DNA of 64,000 nt from an uncultured Prolixibacteraceae bacterium. Its GTDB lineage: Bacteria; Bacteroidota; Bacteroidia; Bacteroidales; Prolixibacteraceae. Made by a program: the position numbers and the translations under genes. Of this stretch, positions 40,331 through 49,361 are shown one piece after another. Each line of letters starts with the position of its first letter. Position 1 is the stretch's first letter. The stretch is taken from assembly GCA_903834475.1 (NCBI GenBank), contig CAILJH010000239.1:24442-88441 (forward strand). The letters run 5' to 3'. The notes beneath the pieces were generated by a model. It was not told the DNA's origin. It did no database searches and worked only from the letters and a program-made list of their open reading frames with translations.

Positions 40331-41521
40331 ATGAAACGAACATTAATTTTTTTAATCCTTATTTTTAGTTTTGGCATTCTGTTTTCACAGAATTCAGGAA
40401 GCGAAATGCTCTCGCTTTCACAGATTAAAAAGAATGTAAAAACCAAACGAGTCAGCAGTTTTGATAAAACGGGTGGAAACGGAGATTGCCTGGGTGGGAT
40501 TAAAACCGGCGAGAAAATTACCATCATGGACGTAAAAGGGGCAGGTATCATCGATCATATCTGGATTACAATTGCTCCTGAAGCCGGGAAACTCAGTCGT
40601 AATGACATTATCCTCCGAATGTACTGGGATGGAAACACCTTCCCTTCAGTTGAATCGCCCATCGGGCCATTCTTTGGAAACGGCTGGGACGAAGCCTACA
40701 ATTTCGTGTCAGTTCCACTTTCTGTCACGCCCGGTTGGGGAAAATCGTACGTCAGTTATTTTGCCATGCCTTTTGCAAAGGGCGCAAAAATTGAAATCGA
40801 GAACCAGACCGGCGAAAAAATTAATTCCTTCTATTTTAACATCGACTATACCGAGATGCCTGAATTACCTGAAAACTCCGGACGATTTCATGCCTGGTTT
40901 AACCATGAACTGACCGAAGCACTTCCGGGAGGCGAAAATGAATGGGGAACATTAGGCGAAACGGGTAAAAACCCCAATGGAAAAGGCAACTACGTTTTTG
41001 CTGACATTCAGGGGAAAGGGCAGTTTGTGGGCGTAAATTACTATGTCAATTGCCCAACACCAATGTGGTATGGCGAAGGCGATGAAATGGTCTTTATTGA
41101 TGGTGACACCATTCCCACGCTGAACGGCACCGGTACCGAGGATTTTTTTAATACCTCCTGGTGTCCGAAAGAACTTTTTCAGCATCCATACTTTGGTTAT
41201 CCAAGGGTAAATAATGAAACCGGCTGGCTTGGGCATACCCATATTTACCGCTATTTTATTACAGATCCGGTGTATTTCGATAAATCGTGCAAGTTTACGA
41301 TCGAACATGGTCACAACAATAATCTAACGCTCGATCTGGCTTCTGTGGCTTATTGGTATCAGGATAAAGCTTCAAAACTTCCACGTTCGTTTACCAAAGA
41401 AGAACGTCAGTTTAAACCAATCATCGGAGCAGTCGAAATCCACAAATGGCGTGATGCATGGAGAATAGAAAACGGCAGTAAAACCCAGTTGTGGGGCAAC
41501 GAAAAAAGAGAAAAAAAATAA
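40331..41521 (+). CDS. GH172 (DUF2961) glycoside hydrolase
   Basis: SSFDKTGGNGD, HIWIT, MYWDG..PSVE, WYGEGD, GTGTEDFF, TIEHGH. Confidence 0.9.
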   Translation: MKRTLIFLILIFSFGILFSQNSGSEMLSLSQIKKNVKTKRVSSFDKTGGNGDCLGGIKTGEKITIMDVKGAGIIDHIWITIAPEAGKLSRNDIILRMYWDGNTFPSVESPIGPFFGNGWDEAYNFVSVPLSVTPGWGKSYVSYFAMPFAKGAKIEIENQTGEKINSFYFNIDYTEMPELPENSGRFHAWFNHELTEALPGGENEWGTLGETGKNPNGKGNYVFADIQGKGQFVGVNYYVNCPTPMWYGEGDEMVFIDGDTIPTLNGTGTEDFFNTSWCPKELFQHPYFGYPRVNNETGWLGHTHIYRYFITDPVYFDKSCKFTIEHGHNNNLTLDLASVAYWYQDKASKLPRSFTKEERQFKPIIGAVEIHKWRDAWRIENGSKTQLWGNEKREKK

Positions 41522-41530
41522 TTGGGATAA

Positions 41531-41569
41531 AATATTCAGAGCCTCTTTTGGAGTGAGGCTCTGAATATT
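41531..41569. terminator. Long hairpin between GH172 and the displaced lysC end
   Basis: AATATTCAGAGCCTC-N9-GAGGCTCTGAATATT, perfect 15-bp stem. Confidence 0.7.
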
Positions 41570-41604
41570 ATCATTTGTCGTAAGCAAATTTCTGTAGATC
41601 CAAT

Positions 41605-41691
41605 TTATTTCAGCAGCATTCTGGCAGTTCTCCGGCTTTTTTGCTCCACATAAACGGTGCGTCCGGAAGTGATTGGCTTTGCCGTTTCAGG
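41605..41691 (-). repeat. Second (displaced) copy of the lysC 3' end
   Basis: Encodes PETAKPITSGRTVYVEQKSRRTARMLLK*, versus lysC PETVNQITAGRTVYVEQKSRRTARMLLK* at 42338-42424; 74/87 nt identical by hand count. Confidence 0.92.
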
Positions 41692-41709
41692 ATAATTAAG
41701 AAGGTAAGT

Positions 41710-42000
41710 TTATAATGGCACGATAGTTCCGTTGATCAGGTTTTTAACACCAATAATTTCGTCAAGGCTTTCCCAGAAAACAAAGTGTCCTCGTAGAATG
41801 TAATTTTCCCGGACAATTTTTGTAGCCTGTTCAAGTTTAGGAACCCAGCTTATTGGTATTGAAATTATACGCTTATCTGATAAGTGGAATGAAATATTTT
41901 CATCATCAAATACAATGTAACTAAAGGTTGGCATTGCAGAGAAAGCATAGGGTCTACCTCTTTTTATATTCTTTTCTACTAATGTCTTTACAGTGCTCAT
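41710..42000 (-). CDS. DUF2442 family protein (putative antitoxin)
   Basis: LSDKRIISIPISWVPKL..AT...REN...FWESLDEII; overlaps the DUF4160 gene. Confidence 0.8.
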   Translation of the reverse strand: MSTVKTLVEKNIKRGRPYAFSAMPTFSYIVFDDENISFHLSDKRIISIPISWVPKLEQATKIVRENYILRGHFVFWESLDEIIGVKNLINGTIVPL

Positions 42001-42226
42001 TCCATGATTTTTTAATAAGTTGAAAATTTTCAATTACTATCCGTCTCAATTTTAACAGCTCAGTTTTCGAAAAGCCATTATTATCAGCAAGTAATACGAT
42101 TTCACCTTCTTTTAGCCAATATTTACACTCCTTTCTCCCATCAACAATGTGTATATGAATGGGCTCGCCGCAATCATAACTGGTAAAGAAAAAAATAATC
42201 GAGCCAATTTTAAGAACTGTTGGCAT
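41954..42226 (-). CDS. DUF4160 family protein (putative toxin)
   Basis: MPTVLKIG..FFF...EPIHIHI...KYWL...GFS..EL...WNEH. Confidence 0.85.
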   Translation of the reverse strand: MPTVLKIGSIIFFFTSYDCGEPIHIHIVDGRKECKYWLKEGEIVLLADNNGFSKTELLKLRRIVIENFQLIKKSWNEHCKDISRKEYKKR

Positions 42227-42337
42227 TGCAGATTTATTTGAAACAAAACTACAAAACTAAATAGAAAAAGCCAATATTGAAATCAAATTATCTTGCAAGA
42301 AATTGTTATTCATAGGTTTACTGAATAATTTGTCCGA

Positions 42338-43585
42338 TTATTTCAGAAGCATTCTGGCCGTTCTGCGGCTTTTTTGCTCAACATAGACGGTGCGTCCGGC
42401 AGTGATCTGATTCACAGTTTCCGGAGTATAATATCGGATGGTAAGCAGTTCGAGTCCGATGTTATATTTTACCTCGAATTTTTGCTGCAACTGACTAATC
42501 AATGGTTCAATTCCTTGTTCCGGTTCATCGAAAGCCAACGAAAGATCAAGCGCAGATTGTTGCAATAGTGCGACTTTCAGGCGGTATTTGGCGCACAAAC
42601 TAAATACATCCGAAACACTGTTGATGCTTATAAACGAATAATCGTTTGGTGTCAGGGTAATCAGCGCCATGTTCTTTTTTACAATGATTACCGGAATCAG
42701 TTCAAGCGTATGTTCGATGGCGTGAATAATCGTACCGGCTTTTTCAGGTTCAAGAAAAGACCTTACAAACAGTGGAATATTCTTATTCTGAAGGGGTTTA
42801 ATCGTTTTTGGATGGATAACTTTTGCTCCTGAATACGACAATTCGATGGCTTCTTTGTACGACAATTCATCAAGTTTCTGCGTATTGGGGAAAAAGTCAG
42901 GATCGGCATTCAGGATTCCAGGCACATTTTTCCATATACTCACTTCTTCGGCATCGAGCAGGTTAGCCAGAATCGCAGCGGTGTAGTCTGAACCTTCGCG
43001 TCCAAGAGTGGTCGTCTGATTAGTCAGCGTTCCGCCGATAAATCCCTGTGTAATGTATAAATCTTCCGATTCGAATGTAAACAGCCGCTTGGCCAGCCGG
43101 AGCGAAAGTTCCCAATTAATGTTGGATTCGCGGTACTGATCGTCGGTTTTCAGGCAGTTTCGTACATCCACCCAATGGTTTTTTAAGCCTATTTCATTGA
43201 AATACAGGCTAATTATTCTGGTCGAAATCAACTCGCCGAAAGCTACAATCTGATCGTATTCGTAGTCGAAATTCATGGAAGGTTCGTTTTTGAAGCGACT
43301 ACTGATCTGCTGGAATAGTTTTTCAACTTCCGGAAGTTCGGTAGGCTTTCCCCAAAGTTCGGTGATAATTCCGTCGTGGTAGTTTTTTACTTCCTGAAAA
43401 ATGTTCCACACCTCCGGATCCTGACTGAAATATTTCCGGGCAACAATCTCGAGCGCATTGGTTGTTTTTCCCATGGCCGAAATGACCAACACCTTGTTTG
43501 CGGGATACATTTTCAGAATATTCACCGAATTACGAACCGCATCAGCCGAGCTGACAGAGGCACCTCCAAATTTAAAAACCTTCAT
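42338..43585 (-). CDS. lysC: Aspartate kinase
   Basis: KFGGASV, VISAMGKTTN, TTLGREGSDYTAA, GAKVIHP. Confidence 0.93.
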   Translation of the reverse strand: MKVFKFGGASVSSADAVRNSVNILKMYPANKVLVISAMGKTTNALEIVARKYFSQDPEVWNIFQEVKNYHDGIITELWGKPTELPEVEKLFQQISSRFKNEPSMNFDYEYDQIVAFGELISTRIISLYFNEIGLKNHWVDVRNCLKTDDQYRESNINWELSLRLAKRLFTFESEDLYITQGFIGGTLTNQTTTLGREGSDYTAAILANLLDAEEVSIWKNVPGILNADPDFFPNTQKLDELSYKEAIELSYSGAKVIHPKTIKPLQNKNIPLFVRSFLEPEKAGTIIHAIEHTLELIPVIIVKKNMALITLTPNDYSFISINSVSDVFSLCAKYRLKVALLQQSALDLSLAFDEPEQGIEPLISQLQQKFEVKYNIGLELLTIRYYTPETVNQITAGRTVYVEQKSRRTARMLLK

Positions 43586-43764
43586 GATTGATCAGAATTA
43601 ATTGATTGAACAAAAATAGGAATTTGGCACAGTCAAACTAATTTTAAAGTAAAAGTTTATCGGAAAAAGGAAATGGAAAAAATCAAATATTTGTTGGATT
43701 TGTAACGATTGTTACACGCTGAGTTCTTTCATAGTTTTACTTTTACGCCCATGCAAAAGGATTC

Positions 43765-45303
43765 ATGACCAAAAACAAAATACTCAAAAAACTCCGGAAA
43801 TTCCATAAATGGCCGGGAATCGTAATCACGCTGTTCGTTATTCTATTTTCTGTTTCAGGAATTCTGATGAATCACCGAAGCGGAATTTCTGCCATTGACA
43901 TCAAAAGGTCATTGTTGCCGGCCGAATACAGCTACCAAAACTGGAACAAAGGGGCAGTAAAATCAGTTTGCCTGCTGGGTGGCGATTCCGCATTGGTTTA
44001 TGGAAACCTTGGAATCTGGCTCAGCACTGATCAATTCAGAACATTTCAGGATTGGAATGGTGGATTTCCTTCTGGCATAGACAATCGAAAGATTTCGAAA
44101 ATTATAAAAACTCCGGATGGAAAACTTTTTGCCGGAACCTATTTTGGCTTGTTTCAATATTCGCGGAAGCAGCATGGATGGAAAAAGATACAGGTCCCGG
44201 GTCCAGAAGAACGAATCACCGATTTGATTCTAAAGAAGGATGAATTGATCGTACAAACCCGTTCGTATTTGCTGAAGACCAATGATGGCAAGTCTTTCCA
44301 GACGATCACACTTCCTGCGTCGGATGGCTATGACGGAAAAGCCAGCCTGTTCAAAACCATTTGGGTACTGCACAGTGGCGAAATTTGGGGTGATTTGGGA
44401 AAACTGGTTGTCGATTTATTTGGTTTGGCCATCCTGATTATTTCACTCACCGGATTGATGCATTTCGTTTTTCCGGGATGGTTGAAACGCCGAAGAGAAA
44501 GACAAAGCAACAATGCCAAACTGGTGACCGTCCGGAATTTTAATTTGCGCTGGCACAACCGCCTGGGATGGATTTTCATTCCCTTCCTTATTTTTGTGAC
44601 AATCACCGGCATGTTTCTCCGTCCGCCACTGCTGATTCCGATTGCCAATTCGGTGGTTTCTCCTATTCCGGGAACCGTGCTGAGTTCGCCAAATCCATGG
44701 TACGACAAGCTTCGCCGGATTTTGTATGACGATCAGCAGCACATTTTCATGTTTTCGACCTGCGACGGAATTTTCTATACCGACGAAAAATTTAAGGAAC
44801 CGATGCACCGCATGATCAATGAACCGCCGGTGAGCGTGATGGGCTGTAATGTATTTGAAAAGAAAGGTGATGGAAACTATCTGGTTGGCTCGTTCACTGG
44901 GTTATTCCTCTGGAATCCTTTTGCCGGTCAGCTGACCGATTACCTCTCCGGAAGTCCATATGAGGCGCCACAGGTAATGGGGCCACCCATATCGAAAGAC
45001 ATGATAGACGGCTACTTTACTTATCAGTCAGGCAATGAATTCTATTTCGATTACAATCATGGCGTTTTACCTATCCGGAACAAGGTAAATTTTGGAGCAA
45101 TGAGTCCGGAAATCATCCGGAAAAGCCCGATCTCGTTGTGGAACCTTGCTCTTGAAGTTCACACTGGGAGAATCTTTGAATCGATCCTGGGAATGCTTTA
45201 TATTCTCTATGTTCCATTGGCCGGAATCTGCATCCTGATCGTTTTGATCAGTGGATTTTTGATCTGGTGGATGGGGCATCGAAAAACAAAATCAAAAAAA
45301 TGA
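43765..45303 (+). CDS. PepSY-associated TM-helix domain protein
   Basis: RKFHKWPG, SGILMNH, LHSGE, WHNRLG, EVHTGR (His-bearing TM helices). Confidence 0.85.
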   Translation: MTKNKILKKLRKFHKWPGIVITLFVILFSVSGILMNHRSGISAIDIKRSLLPAEYSYQNWNKGAVKSVCLLGGDSALVYGNLGIWLSTDQFRTFQDWNGGFPSGIDNRKISKIIKTPDGKLFAGTYFGLFQYSRKQHGWKKIQVPGPEERITDLILKKDELIVQTRSYLLKTNDGKSFQTITLPASDGYDGKASLFKTIWVLHSGEIWGDLGKLVVDLFGLAILIISLTGLMHFVFPGWLKRRRERQSNNAKLVTVRNFNLRWHNRLGWIFIPFLIFVTITGMFLRPPLLIPIANSVVSPIPGTVLSSPNPWYDKLRRILYDDQQHIFMFSTCDGIFYTDEKFKEPMHRMINEPPVSVMGCNVFEKKGDGNYLVGSFTGLFLWNPFAGQLTDYLSGSPYEAPQVMGPPISKDMIDGYFTYQSGNEFYFDYNHGVLPIRNKVNFGAMSPEIIRKSPISLWNLALEVHTGRIFESILGMLYILYVPLAGICILIVLISGFLIWWMGHRKTKSKK

Positions 45304-45327
45304 GTTTGATTAAAAGTCATTGGTCCA

Positions 45328-45395
45328 GTCATCCTGAACTTGTTTCAGGATCCCAATGAATCGGTTGACAGACCCCGAAATAAATTCGGGGTGAC
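45328..45395. repeat. Inverted dimer of GTCA-tagged REP-like palindromes
   Basis: GTCATCCTGAACTTGTTTCAGGATCC-N16-AGACCCCGAAATAAATTCGGGGTGAC between convergent genes. Confidence 0.8.
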
Positions 45396-45431
45396 CAGCA
45401 ATTTATGAGAAACTGAATTCGGAAGATAGAC

Positions 45432-47000
45432 TTATTCTATTCTTTTCAAAAATCCAGGAGCTTTCCTGTGTTTGCTGGCCTGCTCAAAAGCAAATGCCAA
45501 TTTGATCAATGTTCCCTCGCTCCAAGCCCTTCCAAAAAAGGAAATGCCAACCGGCAAGCCATGCACAAAACCTGCCGGAACCGTGATTGCCGGATAACCT
45601 GAAATGGCGGCAGGTTCAGAACTTCCACCTCCAAAATGGTCACCATTTACCCAGTCGATCGTCCATGCCGGACCATTGGTAGGAGCAATCAGGGCATCTA
45701 ATTTGTGCTCATCCATCAGCAAATCGATGCCTTTTTCCCGGGTCAGTTTTTTGACTTTGGTAAGCGCTTCAAGGTAAACGGGTTCTTCCAGACCATTGGT
45801 TTTTTCTGCCGCTTCAAAGATTTCCTGTCCAAACCATTTTAATTCTGTAACAGGATTCTGTTTGTTGAATTCAATCAGGTCGGCCAGTGATTGAACTTTC
45901 AGGCCGGAACGTGTTTTCAGGTATGTATTCAAATCTGCTTTGAATTCCGAAATCAATACCTGCCATTCTAATTTTCCCCATTCCTCACGGTCTTCGAATT
46001 TCAGATTTTCAATTATAATTGCGCCACCATCTTTCATCTTTTGGATGGCCGCTCCCATTAATTTTTCTACTTCGTCATGAAATCCGAAAAAGTCGGAGGC
46101 GATGCCTATCCGGGCACCTTTCAATCCATCAGCTTTCAAATTTGGTGTAAAATCCTGTTGTTTTTCCGCGAGCAAACCAAGTAAAATGGCAGCATCTGAA
46201 ACTGTTCGTGCCATTGGTCCAGCCGTATCTTGGCTGTGCGAAATTGGGATGATCCCATCGCCAATCCACAATCCAACGGTTGGTTTGATACCAACAATTC
46301 CGTTAATTCCTGAAGGACAAACAATCGAACCGTCGGTTTCTGTTCCGATTCCAATTGCACACAAATTAGCCGAAACTGATGCTCCGGTTCCGGAACTCGA
46401 ACCGCAGGGACTGCGATCGGTGCAGAATGGATTGCGCACCTGTCCGCCGCGCCCGCTCCATCCGCTCGACGAGTTGTTCGACCGGAAATTCGCCCATTCG
46501 CTCAGGTTCGTTTTGCCCAGAAGAACCGCTCCGGCTTCACGCAATTTCTGAACGATGATCGCATCATCAGGAGCCGGACTACCCACCATCGCCAGTGAAC
46601 CGGCAGTGGTTTGCATTTGATCGCCGGTATCAATATTGTCTTTAACCAGCATTGGGATTCCATGCATCGGCCCGCGTACTTTTCCTGATTTACGCTCCAC
46701 ATCCAATTGCCTTGCAATTTTGAGGGCATCAGGATTTACCTCAATTACTGCCCGCAATTCTGGACCTTTTGTGTTAAGTCGATCAATCCGGTCCAGGTAC
46801 TTTTGAGTAATTTCTTCGGAAGTTAATTTTCCTGAACTCATTCTCTCCTGAAGTTGGGCAATGGTCAGTTCATTCAGTTCGAAGGCAGAATAATCTTCCG
46901 GAGCAATAGCCGGGGCTTTTGATTGAACACATGATAATGGAGCAAGGGCAAGTGTTCCTCCACCTATAGCTGCGGTTTTGAAGAAGTTTCGGCGTTTCAT
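45432..47000 (-). CDS. Amidase-signature family amidase, Tat-exported lipoprotein
   Basis: MKRRNFFK...LSC; KDNID, GKTNLSEW, GSSSG, GTETDGSI. Confidence 0.92.
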   Translation of the reverse strand: MKRRNFFKTAAIGGGTLALAPLSCVQSKAPAIAPEDYSAFELNELTIAQLQERMSSGKLTSEEITQKYLDRIDRLNTKGPELRAVIEVNPDALKIARQLDVERKSGKVRGPMHGIPMLVKDNIDTGDQMQTTAGSLAMVGSPAPDDAIIVQKLREAGAVLLGKTNLSEWANFRSNNSSSGWSGRGGQVRNPFCTDRSPCGSSSGTGASVSANLCAIGIGTETDGSIVCPSGINGIVGIKPTVGLWIGDGIIPISHSQDTAGPMARTVSDAAILLGLLAEKQQDFTPNLKADGLKGARIGIASDFFGFHDEVEKLMGAAIQKMKDGGAIIIENLKFEDREEWGKLEWQVLISEFKADLNTYLKTRSGLKVQSLADLIEFNKQNPVTELKWFGQEIFEAAEKTNGLEEPVYLEALTKVKKLTREKGIDLLMDEHKLDALIAPTNGPAWTIDWVNGDHFGGGSSEPAAISGYPAITVPAGFVHGLPVGISFFGRAWSEGTLIKLAFAFEQASKHRKAPGFLKRIE

Positions 47001-47065
47001 TTTGTTCGTTTTAGTTTGGAACCACAATTTAGGAAATGCTTTTGGTTCTTCAAGCCATTCCAATA

Positions 47066-47105
47066 AAAAAGTCAGGGCTTCACTTCGAGTGAAACCCTGA
47101 CTTTT
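47066..47105 (-). terminator. Intrinsic terminator of rfbB
   Basis: AAAAAGTCAGGGCTTCAC-TTCGA-GTGAAACCCTGACTTTT. Confidence 0.8.
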
Positions 47106-47139
47106 ATTTTTCCTTTTTCCTGATGAAGCTTTCCTTGAC

Positions 47140-48192
47140 TTACCTATTGTGATATTGTTTGTCGTAGTAGCTCTGGTATTCGCCGCTGGTCACGTTTTCC
47201 ATCCATTCGGTGTTGCTCAGGTACCAGTCAATGGTTTTTTCGATTCCTTCCTCAAACTGAAGGCTGGGCACCCAGTTGAGTTCTTTTTGCAATTTGGTGG
47301 AATCGATGGCATATCGCAAATCGTGTCCGGCGCGGTCTTTTACGTAGCTAATCAGTTTCTCTGATGTTCCGGTTTCGCGGCCAAGTTTGCGGTCCATGAT
47401 TCGGCACATTACTTTAATCAAATCGATGTTGGTCCATTCGTTGTGTCCGCCAATATTGTAGGTATCGCCGTTTTTACCCTGATGATAGATCACATCGATG
47501 GCCCGTGCATGATCTTCAACCCAAAGCCAGTCGCGTATGTTTTCGCCTTTTCCGTAAACCGGCAAAGCTTTATTATGCTTGATGTTGTTGATAAAGAGCG
47601 GAATCAGTTTTTCAGGAAACTGGAACGAACCATAGTTGTTTGAGCAGTTAGAAATCACAGCGGGTATTCCAAAAGTATCGTGGTAAGCACGCACAAAATG
47701 ATCGGAACTGGCTTTCGAAGCCGAATACGGACTGTGTGGATCGTAACCCGTTTCTTCGGTAAACATACCTTCGCTACCCAAGCTTCCGTATACTTCATCG
47801 GTCGAAATGTGGTAAAACCGTTTCCCTTCGGTATTGTCTTTCCAGATTTGGCGGACGGCATTCAGCAGATTTACGGTACCAATTACGTTGGTAAATACGA
47901 ATTCTGTCGGATTGGTGATCGAACGGTCAACATGCGACTCTGCAGCCAGATGGATGACACCATCGAATTGCCTTTCGACAAACAGATTCAGGATAAATTC
48001 TGCGTCAACGATATCTCCCTTTACAAACTCGTAATTGGGTTTGTCCTCAACATCAGTCAGGTTAGCCAGATTTCCGGCGTAAGTTAACTTGTCGAGATTG
48101 ACAATCTGATATTCAGGATATTTATTAACAAAGAGGCGAACCAGGTGCGAACCAATAAATCCGGCTCCTCCGGTAATCAGGATAGTCTTCAT
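47140..48192 (-). CDS. rfbB: dTDP-glucose 4,6-dehydratase
   Basis: TGGAGFIGS, DKLTYAGN, HLAAESHVDRS, STDEVYG, YSASK. Confidence 0.97.
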   Translation of the reverse strand: MKTILITGGAGFIGSHLVRLFVNKYPEYQIVNLDKLTYAGNLANLTDVEDKPNYEFVKGDIVDAEFILNLFVERQFDGVIHLAAESHVDRSITNPTEFVFTNVIGTVNLLNAVRQIWKDNTEGKRFYHISTDEVYGSLGSEGMFTEETGYDPHSPYSASKASSDHFVRAYHDTFGIPAVISNCSNNYGSFQFPEKLIPLFINNIKHNKALPVYGKGENIRDWLWVEDHARAIDVIYHQGKNGDTYNIGGHNEWTNIDLIKVMCRIMDRKLGRETGTSEKLISYVKDRAGHDLRYAIDSTKLQKELNWVPSLQFEEGIEKTIDWYLSNTEWMENVTSGEYQSYYDKQYHNR

Positions 48193-48394
48193 ATTTTTAC
48201 TTTTCAAATACGTTCAAAAATAGGCAATTTAGCAGAAAATCAAAGCTGAATTTCTGTTGAACTGCAAATTTAGAAATTATCTGAGTTTCTGTTGCTTTAG
48301 TCTTTCTTAAGTTTTCAGGAAGAAAAATCTTTCAGGCTGTTGAAAACTTTGCCGTAAATCGAAGCTATTTTTTCTTACTTTTGACTGCATAAAC

Positions 48395-49318
48395 TTGAAA
48401 AACGTGGAAATTAATCAATACATCAAAGAGTTGTTGTTGCTGAATGATTGTGTAATCATTCCTGAATTTGGCGGATTTGTCGCCAATTACAAACCGGCAA
48501 CGATTGAAAATAACCAGTTTTTCCCGCCAACCAAAGAAATAGCTTTTAACAACAAGCTGATTTCCAACGATGGCCTGCTCATCAATTACATTTCAGAAAC
48601 AGAAGGTGCCAGTTATTTCAGCGCAAAGCAGAAACTTGACAATTTTGTTGAGGAAACCTTGCTTAACCTGGAGCGGAATCGTAACGTTTATTTTGACGGC
48701 TTGGGATATATGCATTACGATTCGAGAGAAAACCTTCAATTCGAACCTCAGTTAAAGCAAAATCTGCTGGTTGAATCGTATGGTTTGCAGAACTTTTCGT
48801 ATGAAAAACTGTACCAGCGGCAAATGCCAAAACCAGCCTTCAAAGTTGAATACAGGGAACCTGTTCCGGTGATCTTCCAGAAGCGCAAGTTGAAAAAGCT
48901 GATTGTTGCCGTTCCGTTGTTGCTGGCAATGGCGCTCATTCCAATAAAAAATAATAAGGTTTACCTTTCGAAATCGGACATGGGCATGTGGGAAGCTTTG
49001 GCTCAGACTACAGTTGCCGCACCAACCCAGTCTCAGGAACAAAATGTATCTGAATTTTCTGCAAATACGGAAGTTTCTACTACTGAATCCTTTCGTTATT
49101 TTATTATTGGCGGAAGTTTTAAAAGCGATGAAAATGCCAGAAAATACCTTCAGCAGCTAAGCGTGCAAGGATACTCCGGAAAGGATCTTGGCATATTCAA
49201 AGGTTTGCACCGTGTGGCAATGAAAGGCTTTTTATCCATGGAAGAAGCTCAAAAAGAACTGAACTTGATGCGAAATCAAAACCCGCAATCGGGAGTCTGG
49301 ATTCATGCCAGCGAATAA
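48395..49318 (+). CDS. HU-like N-terminal domain + TM + SPOR domain protein
   Basis: LLLNDCVIIPEFGGFV, NDGLL; C-terminal YFIIGGSFKS..NA...VWI. Confidence 0.8.
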   Translation: MKNVEINQYIKELLLLNDCVIIPEFGGFVANYKPATIENNQFFPPTKEIAFNNKLISNDGLLINYISETEGASYFSAKQKLDNFVEETLLNLERNRNVYFDGLGYMHYDSRENLQFEPQLKQNLLVESYGLQNFSYEKLYQRQMPKPAFKVEYREPVPVIFQKRKLKKLIVAVPLLLAMALIPIKNNKVYLSKSDMGMWEALAQTTVAAPTQSQEQNVSEFSANTEVSTTESFRYFIIGGSFKSDENARKYLQQLSVQGYSGKDLGIFKGLHRVAMKGFLSMEEAQKELNLMRNQNPQSGVWIHASE

Positions 49319-49324
49319 TATCTG

Positions 49325-49346
49325 AAGCTCCGAAAGGAGCTTTTTT
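49325..49346 (+). terminator. Intrinsic terminator
   Basis: AAGCTCC-GAAA-GGAGCTTTTTT. Confidence 0.8.
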
Positions 49347-49361
49347 GTTTTCAGGAAGCCG

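Larger units (their letters stand above)
41605..42424. mobile_element. Integrase-free mini-island inserted at the lysC 3' end
   Basis: 87-bp diverged direct repeats 733 bp apart enclosing an AT-rich two-gene cassette. Confidence 0.7.
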
